Made by a program: the position numbers and the translations under genes
NCBI RefSeq assembly: GCF_001194135.2
Contig: NC_068984.1
Location: 48,099,142-48,137,984, forward strand
Length of the DNA: 38,843 bases
Direction: 5' to 3'
DNA from: Octopus bimaculoides
Taxonomy: Eukaryota
Shown: positions 23,976-35,687 of the stretch, piece after piece
Layout: each line of letters starts with the position of its first letter
Numbering within the stretch: position 1 is the stretch's first letter
Notes under the pieces: model-generated
Told to the model about the DNA's origin: nothing
Database searches by the model: none
What the model saw: the letters and a program-made list of their open reading frames with translations, nothing else

Positions 23976-25201
23976 CATATAACGACTGCTAATTCACTGA
24001 GTTTCATTCAAGAAATCTGATTTGGTGCATTCCAATTATTATGACTCTGTATCGTATGGGTGTCTAGGATTACAATTTTTAATATGTAATTCCTTTCCAA
24101 GACGTAGGGTATTTTATGGAGACAATTTGACTGTTCTTCTCAGCACATAGAGTTAGCATTTAGCCATCATTCTACGTTGGCTTATTTTACCATTAGCATA
24201 CTGAGGTCAAATGAAAGTAAGTCAGCGATATATCCCTATAAGTGAAAATACGTAGAATATATTTCAATTTTTCTCTGTGATACTTCCAAACTAATGGAAG
24301 GCGAAAAGAAACAGCGTTGGAATTTCGGTTTAATTCAGATGAATTAAATAAAGCAATTGATTACCAATTGAGTTTTCAACTTTGTAATCTCTGAGCTACA
24401 CACAAACTTTTCAAGGTTAAAAGAGACTGTGTATATTATACTGCCGATGTATTTATAACCTATATCATTTTGCTGACTGAAGCAAGTCCTAATGCCAGGA
24501 ATATAGAATTCTTTGACACAAAAGCCATTACAGAAATCAACACAAGGAACAGTGTTTTTCCCTTTACACAATATAATTAGAGTCGTCTGTATCAACATTA
24601 ACACTGATTATACAGTCATGGAAGAATTTTAAGCCGAAAAACAAATTGTTTTCGCAAAATTATACAGTAATTAAAGAAATAATGAAATACTTATTCCGAA
24701 GTGGTGAGATGAAAATTATTGTAAGTGATGCTACTTCGTCTTAATTCGGTAATATAATTTCCTGAGCGAGAGATTGGAGGTGCCCAGAAATTATGCGTCA
24801 CTACGGAGTACATCATCAAATTCGAATGGATAAGTTAAGTGTATAACATATATTGATTACTATAGATACTTATTTATAACTACTTATGTGTATTGTGTAT
24901 TTATATGCATGGATGTGGATGTTAAAGTGGGAGGTTGCATATTTTTCTCTCTATCCATCTATCTGTCTATCTATCCATCGAGATATTCGTCTGACTATCT
25001 ACCTATTTATCTATATCTGTCTGTTTCTCTCTCTCTCTCTCAATAACACATACATACATACATACATATATATATATATATATNNNNNNNNNNTTGAAAA
25101 TGATAGCAACAAAGTTAAGGCAGATGACAGTAATAACAATAAGAATAAACTCAATGAAAATAAGAGAAATAAACCCCAAAATTTCCATAAACATAACATA
25201 G

Positions 25202-25504
25202 GTAATTAAAAAATTTTTTAAGAATGATATTAGTAATTCTGATAATAGTAAAGATGATAATGTTTGGTTCATAATCCCATTTGGGAGGAATATCAAAAGT
25301 AACCTGATTGCAAAGTTTAGAGAGGTGATAAGTAGACATTTCCCAAAGAATTCACACTATGGTAAAATTATTAATACACATATCATTAGATTTGGATTTT
25401 CAAATACTATAAATTTAGCACAAATAATTGAAGCCCATAATTTTAAAATACTAAAGTCTAAAGAAATAGGGGTGAATAGGAATTTAAACCATGATATAAA
25501 TAGC

Positions 25505-25550
<46 letters not shown>

Positions 25551-26041
25551 TTAATAATAATAATGGCGATATTATTAATAATAGTGATAATGTTTGTAAT
25601 AGTAGGAATTTAATTACAGTAACTGAGGTAAACCCTAGAAGATTGAAATTTGAAGGACCTAATGCGAAGGTTAAAAATATAGTTTATCAATATAAGGTAA
25701 GGACTCAAACAAATACTAGAAGATATCTTGGATGCACTTCAGGACAAATATGTAAACGAATATCTAATAATTTTTGTACCTTTAGAGATAGAAGGAAAAT
25801 AGCAAGCACTAGTCTTAGTAAATATATCTGGGAACTCAAAGACCAAAATAAGCCATATTGGTTAGAATGGTCAATTGTCGCGAGATCTTTTCCATATGAG
25901 AGGGGTAAGAAATACTGTTCGTTTTGTACTTTAGAGCTTTATTTCATACTATTCTCTAAGGGTAAATTGATAAATAAATTAACAAATAATACTCTGAAAT
26001 GTACACATATTTTAAGACATACTTTTCGTTGGTTTAAATAA
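25202..26041 (+). CDS. Penelope-like ORF C-terminus: thumb/linker plus GIY-YIG endonuclease (279 open codons, no true start)
   Basis: VWFIIPF..NIKSN..RHFPKNSHYGKIIN..IIEAHNFKIL; poly-Asn insert; NIVYQ..RYLG..KR; TSLSKYIWELK; WSIVARSFPY..CSFCTLE; LINK. The frame is open from the TAG at 25199-201 to the TAA at 26039-41. Confidence 0.85.
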
Positions 26042-26529
26042 AATTGAAATATGACAAGGTGTTATAATGAATTTTACCATAACAGTTAGTCCATAGACAG
26101 ATCATACTAATATAATTTAATAATAGCAGCAAGGATTTTGTAAAATCCTTTTAAGATAATATGGTATAGATTCCCATGTTAGTTTAAGATTAGATATAAA
26201 ATATACCTAATTATACGATAAATTTAGATCCTTAAATAGGATACATTAGTATATAATGTACAAATAACAGTTGTGGGCTTTACTTGAATTTTAGTGGCAT
26301 TTGAGGATTGAGTTCAATTATAATAGAAAATTGACTATAACCTATGGTACATTGTAGTAATAATTTAGGATTATTATTATTGATGATTTTGTTAAATATA
26401 TTTCATTAGACTCTCTAAATTATCTGTTAATAATAATAATATGATTTTAATAATGAAGATCAATCCTATATTTCGGCATAAAATTTGGACGGTTTATAAG
26501 AGAAAGTTTACTAGATTGAAACTGGTTGT

Positions 26530-26552
26530 AATATAATAATAATAATAATAAT

Positions 26553-26617
<65 letters not shown>
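26530..26617. repeat. (AAT)n microsatellite
   Basis: Read directly from the sequence. Confidence 0.95.
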
Positions 26618-26619
<2 letters not shown>

Positions 26620-27417
26620 GTATATAATATTAGATACGAAGGCAGGCCATATTTAAATATCAAATATTAAAGTTATGAGTAGCGGCTGGAATTTTGCCAT
26701 TAAAATCTAGGCACAACTTAGTATGGATTAATTATAATGAAGAGTTAATTATAACTTGTAGTACAGTACAGTACAATATAGTGTGTTATTAGATCTTAAA
26801 GCAGACTAGATAAGTGTATAACTTGACAATAATAATTGTAGGTATTGAATAAAATACTAGAGATAGGATGGCACACTGTGGATCTCCATTAAGGTGAGAA
26901 TTGTTTATAATTTATAATATGGAGTCCATAGAATATAATAATTATAGCAGACAACATTAATATGTTAAAATTAAAATATAAATTAAATATAACACATGTG
27001 GGTTTTGAAAAAATTCCTAGAAGTAATTATTCCTATTGCAAATGAATTTTTTTTTTTTTTTGCTCATATTTTATGGTACTATGTAGTATAATATTGGATT
27101 TTATAGCAGGTATATCAATGTAAAATTTGTCAATACTAATTGTAGATTTCCAGTGGTCCCTAAGATAATTTATATATCTTGAATAATTAATAATAAATCA
27201 GAGTAGTTTTAGTGATTTAGTAATTATTGGTAGTGGTGTAATAGTCATAGAATATGGCAAGGAGTTACCTCCCCTATTGCAAGTTAGCGTATGTAAACAC
27301 AGAGGATTTCGTATTTGACCGATAATGGTATAGATTTAAATTTTAAATTTGATTTTGTTCGATTAATTCATTATGTGTTTTTGGGGTTTTTTTGGTTTTT
27401 TTTTGTTCTAATGAAAA

Positions 27418-27501
27418 CTATTCCTGATGACGTGTAGGACAACTAATATATTTGACTTATTTTAATGGTTAAATATAGTTATACACAGAAATGTTTACGT
27501 N
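27418..27501 (+). ncRNA. Candidate type I hammerhead ribozyme (PLE-associated)
   Basis: CTGATGA (27424-30), a foldable stem II (27431-87), GAAA (27488-91), stem III A-U/U.G/G-C with loop UUUA, then GU|N at 27499-501. The 3' strand of stem I falls in the N-gap. Confidence 0.6.
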
Positions 27502-28341
27502 NNNNNNNNNNNNNNNNNNNNNNNNNNNNNNNNNNNNNNNNNNNNNNNNNNNNNNNNNNNNNNNNNNNNNNNNNNNNNNNNNNNNNNNNNNNNNNNNNNN
27601 NNNNNNNNNNNNNNNNNNNNNNNNNNNNNNNNNNNNNNNNNNNNNNNNNNNNNNNNNNNNNNNNNNNNNNNNNNNNNNNNNNNNNNNNNNNNNNNNNNNN
27701 NNNNNNNNNNNNNNNNNNNNNNNNNNNNNNNNNNNNNNNNNNNNNNNNNNNATATATATATACATGCATGCGTACTTGGTGCTTGCTTCAACTTCACAGA
27801 TGATTAAGTCTTTTGTGCTTCAGTGTTGTGAATAGCCTTTTATGATTTTTCTTCCGTGACCTCTTAGATGTACCATTATTCAGATGAAGATCTGCAGGTT
27901 TTGTAGCATAAGTAACAGATGAAAGCTATTGCACACTTCCAACAGTCACCACCCTTCCATCACCAGACATGCAGAATATGAAATAACAAATGACGACACC
28001 ATAAATACATATCTGTACATTGCTGGATTATAGTTATAAATGCTTATAAAACGCATGCCACTCTCTAAGTCTTCTTATAGATACTCTCTGAGTAACACTG
28101 GGTACTCTCTGAATATCATTAGGCACGCTCTGAGTACCTAGTGATAGGTCGAAGAGAAATGACCACTAATCACGTAAAACCGCAAGATTGTATATCAAAA
28201 CTTCTCCACACCTAAATGGATGTTGAGACAACAGCTGGCGTTCCTCACTCCTGATATTTTTACTGCGCACCCTGACACCGATCGAGTGTATTTCTGCGTC
28301 TTCGCGCTCACATGGATTGTCATGCGTAAACATATATATAC

Positions 28342-28373
<32 letters not shown>

Positions 28374-29236
28374 GCGCGCATACACACACACGCGTGCACA
28401 CACTCACACACACACAAATGCACACACCCACATGCGCGCGTATGACACGCACACTCATACACGCCCACACAAAAACACACACATATATATATGTGACCTA
28501 CAGCTTTATTAATGACTCTACAAATGACATAGTTGAATAACATCTTAGCTAATATTTATGTTGTTTATAAATTATTTCTATAATAATACTGCTTCGGTTG
28601 ATTACCGTAGTTCATAGGCAGGTGTTGCTTTTGTATACGTGCATGTGTATCCCAATTGTAAATGTATACAAATATACGTACAGACACAAATGCACAAACA
28701 TATTCACTTTGTGCAGATCAAGAAAGGACGAAAAATATGAGATAAACCGAAGAAAAGTAGAAAATGAACATGATATTGCCAATGAAACGGCATACAATTT
28801 TAACTATATAGATCGAAACGTATCACTCAATAAAATCAGTCGCTACGTTAGTGACGGCATCAAAGCGGCCATAGAAACGGTTGCAAGCTAAAATCAGTAG
28901 CTTCTTGCACATACCATCCACTAGCCCTCACAATAGGGGCCCTAAAAGTATTTCGTATATGACATGTAATATTACTTTAAGTCTTCTTCCATTTATGATC
29001 CTCCGCACTTCAGTACACAAATATACACCACACTCTGGTGCATCGCGCGCGTACGCGCACACACACATACATATCCTTATACACAGTACCCGCTTAGTGT
29101 CATTACTTTGGAGAGTTTAATTTCTGATGTATATAATAGGTGATTATAATAAGCAGCTTATTCACATATGTACCCATATATATATAATATACATACATAC
29201 ATATATATATGCATATACATACATTTATATATATAT

Positions 29237-29291
<55 letters not shown>

Positions 29292-29974
29292 NNNNNNNNN
29301 NNNNNNNNNNNNNNNNNNNNNNNNNNNNNNNNNNNNNNNNNNNNNNNNNNNNNNNNNNNNNNNNNNNNNNNNNNNNNNNNNNNNNNNNNNNNNNNNNNNN
29401 NNNNNNNNNNNNNNNNNNNNNNNNNNNNNNNNNNNNNNNNNNNNNNNNNNNNNNNNNNNNNNNNNNNNNNNNNNNNNNNNNNNNNNNNNNNNNNNNNNNN
29501 NNNNNNNNNNNNNNNNNNNNNNNNNNNNNNNNNNNNNNNNNNNNNNNNNNNNNNNNNNNNNNNNNNNNNNNNNNNNNNNNNNNNNNNNNNNNNNNNNNNN
29601 NNNNNNNNNNNNNNNNNNNNNNNNNNNNNNNNNNNNNNNNNNNNNNNNNNNNNNNNNNNNNNNNNNNNNNNNNNNNNNNNNNNNNNNNNNNNNNNNNNNN
29701 NNNNNNNNNNNNNNNNNNNNNNNNNNNNNNNNNNNNNNNNNNNNNNNNNNNNNNNNNNNNNNNNNNNNNNNNNNNNNNNNNNNNNNNNNNNNNNNNNNNN
29801 NNNNNNNNNNNNNNNNNNNNNNNNNNNNNNNNNNNNNNNNNNNNNNNNNNNNNNNNNNNNNNNNNNNNNNNNNNNNNNNNNNNNNNNNNNNNNNNNNNNN
29901 NNNNNNNNNNNNNNNNNNNNNNNNNNNNNNNNNNNNNNNNNNNNNNNNNNNNNNNNNNNNNNNNNNNNNNNNNN

Positions 29975-30111
29975 ATAAATCTGTGTATATGTATATGGAC
30001 ACATACTTATAAATATGCATATGTATATATATATATATATAAATATAAATCTGTGTATATGTATATGGACACATACTTATAAATATGCATATGTATATAT
30101 ATATATATAAA
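29975..30111. repeat. 70-bp-period perfect tandem duplication abutting gap 29292-29974
   Basis: ATAAATCTGTGTATATGTATATGGACACATACTTAT... starts at 29975 and 30045. Confidence 0.9.
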
Positions 30112-30519
30112 TTCTATATATATATACACATATGCAGATACATATACATATCTTATACACGCGTTACAATAGCATTACTAAAAATATACTTTAGTTTTGA
30201 ATCGATATAAAACAATCAGCATCATGACAATTTCATTATAGCAGCTGGAAATAAAGTAAATCGCAGAATTAGATTATCATTTTTTTATGTTTCCTTCTTA
30301 ATTTTCCTGTAGTGTTTGTGTTATTGTGCTTATTGTTTAAATCATTTCACAAATATTTCCTTGTACGAAATGTGTGCCATGAGATGTAAAAGCACCCACG
30401 CATATGGTAAGACGAGAATGCACCGCGAGAGGGAGTGTTTGTTTAAATATTTATGCTCATTTTGTTAATTTTGTTTTTCGGTTTATAGTTGCTGCTGTCG
30501 TGTGAATTTTTGTTCTCGT

Positions 30520-30740
30520 TGTTGTTCTTTCTGGTGTTGCTGGTGGTGACGGTGGTGATGGTGGTATGGTAGCGGTGGTGATAATGATCGTGGTGGTGGT
30601 GATGGTGGTGGTGGAGGTGATGGTGGAGGTGGTGATGGAGGTAGTGCTGGTGGAGATGGTGGTGGTAATATTCTTGCTTGTTATTGTAGTTTTGACAGAG
30701 ATTGTAAAGTTAGAGATAACGATGACGATGGTTGTCATAG
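30520..30740. repeat. Degenerate (GGT)n trinucleotide tract
   Basis: Read directly from the sequence; gives Val-rich and Thr-rich pseudo-ORFs on the two strands. Confidence 0.85.
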
Positions 30741-32355
30741 CTACAAGGATTGTGTGTTATGGTTTTGGTTATAGTAATTGCATCGGTAGCTGTGATGTCA
30801 GGGATGAATTCAAGGATGGAGGTAGTACTTTTGCAAACTGTGTGGTCCTGTGTTTGTTCCAACAATAACCACGACATTACCATAAACAGCATGTGTCGTA
30901 TAAGGTTTCACTTCGTATCACTTTTCTGGTTTTGTTGTGTCTTTTTAAAAAAACCAGTGCTATTATTTGGTACAGACACTGCAGAGCACTAAGCTAAGTA
31001 TCTTACCAGAGTGTATTTAAATATACTGACGAATATATATTCAGCGTTTCAAAAAATAGAATGTAAGAAGCATTATGATGAATGTGTTTTACAATCTATA
31101 GATTATTTGCCAAAATAGGAGTGAAATGTCACATAAAATATGACAAGCTGTCCTTTCAAGCAATGCAAATAAAAATACTTCGCTTGGTCGAATATTTCCG
31201 TTGCTAAACTTGCAGTGACAACTATATCTATTACAATAGCAACAACAACAACATCAACAATAGTTATAACAGTAGTAGAGTTAACCATGGCTATTCTGTG
31301 ACATGGGATTCGTAGGAGTCAAAACCAGAGGTTACAGAACAACCAAATGAGAAATAAGTTACTTATAATCTGTCATTATTAATAAACCAGATTGTAAGTG
31401 AGATACTCCACGATAAATACAAAGTCAACGAAATACGGATGTCAAGCAGAATCATCAAATACGCGAGCGCAAGAGATTCTTAATGCGTAACAATGTTCTA
31501 AGCTATTGAGCTATGGCCTTTCCACATCGCAGTGAAACCCGAAAGATTTCATTAAATGCTCTCAATGACCTGTTATATGGGATAGTTTGTAGGTTTTCCT
31601 TACGAAGGAGGAGCCTAAGTCTGAACGCTCGAATTGCTAGAAATGCCTGAAAACCCTTTCCTTGGAACCAAAGTCTAATGTCTTAAACTACACTTGTCTT
31701 GTCCACAGTAGATTATTATCGAATACAATTTGATACGTTAAGTCGATGGTAGTATATTTAAAGCAGTGAGACGAGAGATATAAATTAATCAGTATTACTG
31801 AACAAGTAGAACGTGTGCAATGCAGCAGAAAGAGACCAAGCAAGCCAGCGACCTTGAGAGAAAGAGAGAGAGTGTGTGCGTGAGAGAGAAGGAGAGAGAA
31901 AGAGAGAGAAAAATATAGAGAGAGTGTGTGTGTGAGAGAGAGAAAGGAACAAAGAGTGAGAAACAGAAAGAGAAGGTGAGAGAGAGAGTGAGATCTACAC
32001 TGATCTTGGAAGTACGAGTGCATTTAAGATTAAGTCGACATTTTCGGCAAAGCATTAATATATGATTAATGCTGTTCTAAGCACCTTAAAAGACCCGACA
32101 ACAGATTTGTTTAATTAAGTATTGAAAACTGAATATCAATACACTGTTGAGATGCATTCAATAGTTTTTAACATTTGATAATGTAATAACAAATGTATAA
32201 TCTAAATATGTTAGGGAAATTTAAAGAAGGATTTATAGTCCTGATTAAGAAACTATAAAAACTTAAGAAGGCATAAAAATATGTACAGACACTCATACAC
32301 ATTATGGGTATGTAAATGTATGTATGTATGTATGTATGTATGTATGAATGAAAGT

Positions 32356-32677
32356 ACATGGCTAAGTGGTTAGAGTATCACGAGGCAGTGAGTTCGATTC
32401 CCAGACCGTGCTATGTGTTGCTTTCTCGTGCAAGACACTCTATTTCACGTTGCTCCAGTTAACTCAGCTGTAGAAATGAGTTGCAACGTCACTGGTGCCA
32501 AGCCTTTTCGGTCTTTGCTTTTGTCTTGGATAACATTTGTGGCGTAGAGAGGGGGTGCTGGTATGCGTGGTTGACTGCTGGTCTTCCATAAAACGGCTTT
32601 CCCGGACTTGTGCCTCGGCCGGTACCTTTCTAGGTGCAATCCCATGGTCATTCATGAACGAAGAGGGTCTTTACTTT
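32356..32677 (+). mobile_element. Second tRNA-derived SINE family (Pol III A/B boxes, CORE/V-like central block)
   Basis: A box TGGCTAAGTGG (32359-69); B box GTTCGATTCC (32392-401); GCAAGACACT..TTTCACGTTGCTCCAGTTAACTCAGCTGTAGAAATGAG; ends GAGGGTCTTTACTTT. Flanked by (TATG)n on both sides. Confidence 0.85.
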
Positions 32678-32724
32678 GTATGTATGTATGTATGTATCAT
32701 GTATGTATGCATTTATGTATGTCA

Positions 32725-33430
32725 TCATTCAGATTTATTTGAAGATTTCTGGACAATAAGGAACGAGCCGGTTTCTCACCTTAAATTTCAACATCAACAA
32801 AGTAGTATTCTTGTTTCTATGTATACGTGCAGACTTGTATGTTTTGTTTAATGCACGTCTTCTCACGCACATACTTGCATATCTAGACATGCTCATATAT
32901 ACTTAAATTATAAACTTCTAGAAAGTTTTACATATATTTACAGTTCCAGTGATGGCTTGCATCTGTAATCTTCGAATTTGCTCTCTTCTTTCTGGTTTGG
33001 AGAAGCATAATTTCTCAAGATTGGTATTCAGGCAGTGTGTTACATATCCCAGTGTCCCAATAATTACAGGTACGAAACTGAACTCGTATTCTGGATAGAG
33101 TAACTGGAGTTTTTTCAATACTTCAGTGTAAGTATTCTCCTTTTCACTGCTCTTCAACTTTATGTTATCATCTGCTTTACGTTATCACAGTTTATCTTCT
33201 CTGTCTCAAATCATTATATCAGGTCTATTGTGTTTATATTATATTGTGGTTTTCACTGGAACATTCTACCAGTATTCCTTTTTATTATGAGTAGCTTTGT
33301 CTTTCACCATGCTGTGGTTTCTTATTTCTTTGTCCTTGAGGTTATCTTTTCGACGGATTTGGTTATACTGAGTCCTAGCCACAACATTTCTCATCCGATG
33401 GTACCATGATGACGTTTTCGGACAACTGCT
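32725..33430 (-). mobile_element. R4/Dong-type non-LTR retrotransposon 3' end (REL endonuclease plus 3' UTR), decayed
   Basis: Minus strand: SCPKTSSWY..MRNVVA; KKEYW*NVPVKT; KHNRPDIMI*DRE; EKENTYTEVLKKLQLLYPEY..VPVIIGTLG..TGTVNICKTF. The UTR ends AAATAAA and runs into (CATA)n. Confidence 0.8.
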
Positions 33431-33578
33431 TATTTATGTATATATGTATGTATGTAAGTACTATGTATGTATGCATGAATGTATGCATGTACATAAATAA
33501 ACGGGGAATATGTGAATGCACTCAAGTTTCATGAGCGTTATAAATTTCCAGTTTGGTAATGATATACGTTTGTATATA

Positions 33579-34449
33579 CGTGCTCTGATCAATAAGTATC
33601 GGGACTGTTGCCATAGTAGTGAAGTTAAAGCAAGCAGAGCAAAGCCACTTCGCACAGATTGACCTTGAATTCTGCTGTGCATGCGCTGTAGTTTTTGACG
33701 TTCGAACTCACTTCCGCTGTTTACAGCAATGCTTTGAAGGAAGATGTATATCGTACAATCATTGCATTCACCATGTCAGAAAAAGTTGAGCAGAGAATCT
33801 GCAACAAATTTTGCCTCACAGGCCTATGCAAAATTTTCAAAATGTTTTCATCGTTCTCAACACAATCAAGGTGACCTTGTGCAACTGAAAGCCGAGCGTC
33901 TTTTTTCGTCAGCTGAAAGCAGTTTTGGCACAAATTTGGTAGACACAAGTCTCATACACAAATCTTCAGTGATAATGGACTGAACTGAATCGTAAGTAAT
34001 GCGTACATCCTCTCATAACTCACGGATGGTGATTCGACGATCTCCCTTCAAAGTTGCACAAACATCCGTAACGTTTTTCTTAATTCTGCTGGTAGCAGGT
34101 CTTCCAGAACGTTCGTCAATATCGACATTTTCGGTCATGCTGGAAACGTCTGAAACACTCGTACATTCGTGTGCGGTTCATACTCTCCTCTCCATACACT
34201 TTCTGCAAGTCTGCGTAAGCATCTATGCAGATATCGCCATAAGAACATTCTCTGTCATGGTCAATGCGACGATTACACACTACACACTACACACCTTTCT
34301 GCCAAGCACTACTGTAAACAGCGGAAGTGAGTTAGAACGATAAAACTGTGCATGTACAGCAAAGTTTCAGGTAAATTTCTGTGAAGCGCTCTGCGTGCTT
34401 TAACTTCGTTACTAAGGCAATAGTACGGATACTCATTGATAAGACATCG
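33579..34449. mobile_element. Non-autonomous mariner derivative, copy B (871 bp, TA on both sides)
   Basis: TA|CGTGCTCTGATCAATAAGTATCGGGACTGTTGCCATAG ... CTAAGGCAATAGTACGGATACTCATTGATAAGACATCG|TA. Left arm encodes MSEKVEQRICNKFC; the minus arm encodes ..EDLCMRLVSTKFVPKLLSADEK..LSVAQGHLDCVENDENILK. Confidence 0.9.
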
Positions 34450-34505
34450 TATATGTATATAATATGGACATGGTTATCTATATATCTTTGTCTGCATATC
34501 TCTTT

Positions 34506-34587
34506 ATGTATGTATGTATGTATGTATGTATGTATATATGTATGTATGGATGTATGTATGCATCTATGTATCTATGTATCTGTCTAT

Positions 34588-34665
<78 letters not shown>

Positions 34666-34785
34666 TTGTCTGTCTGTCTGTCTGTCTGTCTATTTCTCTA
34701 TCTCTCTATCTCTCTATCTATCTATATATCTGTCTATCTATCTGTCCTTCTTTCTATCTATTCGTCTATTTATTTATCTATTTCA
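34506..34785. repeat. Compound (TATG)n/(TA)n/(TCTG)n/(TCTA)n microsatellite
   Basis: Read directly from the sequence. Confidence 0.95.
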
Positions 34786-35618
34786 TATAAAACAGAGGAA
34801 AACATCTCACAGAAGTTAACATTTTAAAGTGAAAGTCCATATCTTAGGTGGTATGTCTATTTACATATTTGTAAGCATTCGAGTACCAATCTAAAAAGGT
34901 AGTTGCTCAGTTTATCTCCGGTCAATAGTGAATGGAGATTCCAGGCCTGTAGTAGTTCCGGTTGTAGAAATCAAATATTTTGTGCCAATGCTTGTATTAT
35001 CAATAAGGTAAACAAAATTACATTTAACGTTACACTTGTGCATGTCTCTTTTAATTCGAACGAATTTCCTGATAAGCTAAATCATCTTCCAAAATAACAG
35101 AAAACTCTCTCACGCTTATTCTTTTATTCTTTTTACACACGCACAATAAGTATGTGATTTTCATAATATATATGATTCTGTGTTGTGTATGTGTGCGTGT
35201 CTATGTGTGTGTATGTGTATGTGTGTGCGCGCGCTCGTGCGTGTGCATATGTTTATGTAATAAATCTATTTAAAAGTCGCAAATCATGCGCTGTGTGTTG
35301 TTACTGAACTTTGGACGAACATGAACAAAATGTAGCATACAATTCTCATATTAATTAACATTGTGTAGTCTTGTCTGAGACTAGCCTTAGAATAATAACT
35401 CTTCTTGGAAAATTATGAAAGCCGTGAAGGTAAGTAAATTATTGAAAAATGTACGAACATATATACATGCATACATGAAAAATATATGTAAATGCTGATA
35501 TGCAACAAATCTATTTATTTTGTCTATTAATCTGTTTCAATATTATATATTTAAACAGTTTAATAGACAAAATAAATAGAATTGGTTCTTATCAGTATAT
35601 ACATATATTTTTCATGTA

Positions 35619-35687
<69 letters not shown>

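Larger units (their letters stand above)
25094..27500 (+). mobile_element. Penelope-like retroelement, 5'-truncated, with long 3' region; bounded by gaps
   Basis: Contains the GIY-YIG ORF below and ends in a hammerhead-like motif. Attributing all of 26042-27500 to the element is inference. Confidence 0.7.

Noticed and set aside
28176-28330. GC-richer stretch with open frames on both strands ([28 protein letters not shown])
   Set aside because: No convincing splice sites or recognisable motif, and the ORF is extended by a microsatellite.
30457-30868. Thr/Pro-rich (mucin-like) and Val-rich ORFs
   Set aside because: Both are readings of a degenerate (GGT)n tract, with no splice or domain support.
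11386-31060. Other CTGA(T/C)GA occurrences (minus strand 11391-97 and 17139-45; plus strand ~12772, 20936, 31026)
   Set aside because: None has a properly placed stem II plus GAAA.
19480-32401. SINE heads (19480-19538 and 32356-32401) as tRNA genes
   Set aside because: A/B boxes are present but there is no complete cloverleaf, and both continue into SINE bodies.
3979-35429. Other tiny AG..GT candidates (3979-3994, 9777-9802 minus, 24197-24216, 27868-27897, 35391-35429)
   Set aside because: Such sites are expected by chance in 39 kb of AT-rich DNA and cannot be chained into a recognisable protein.
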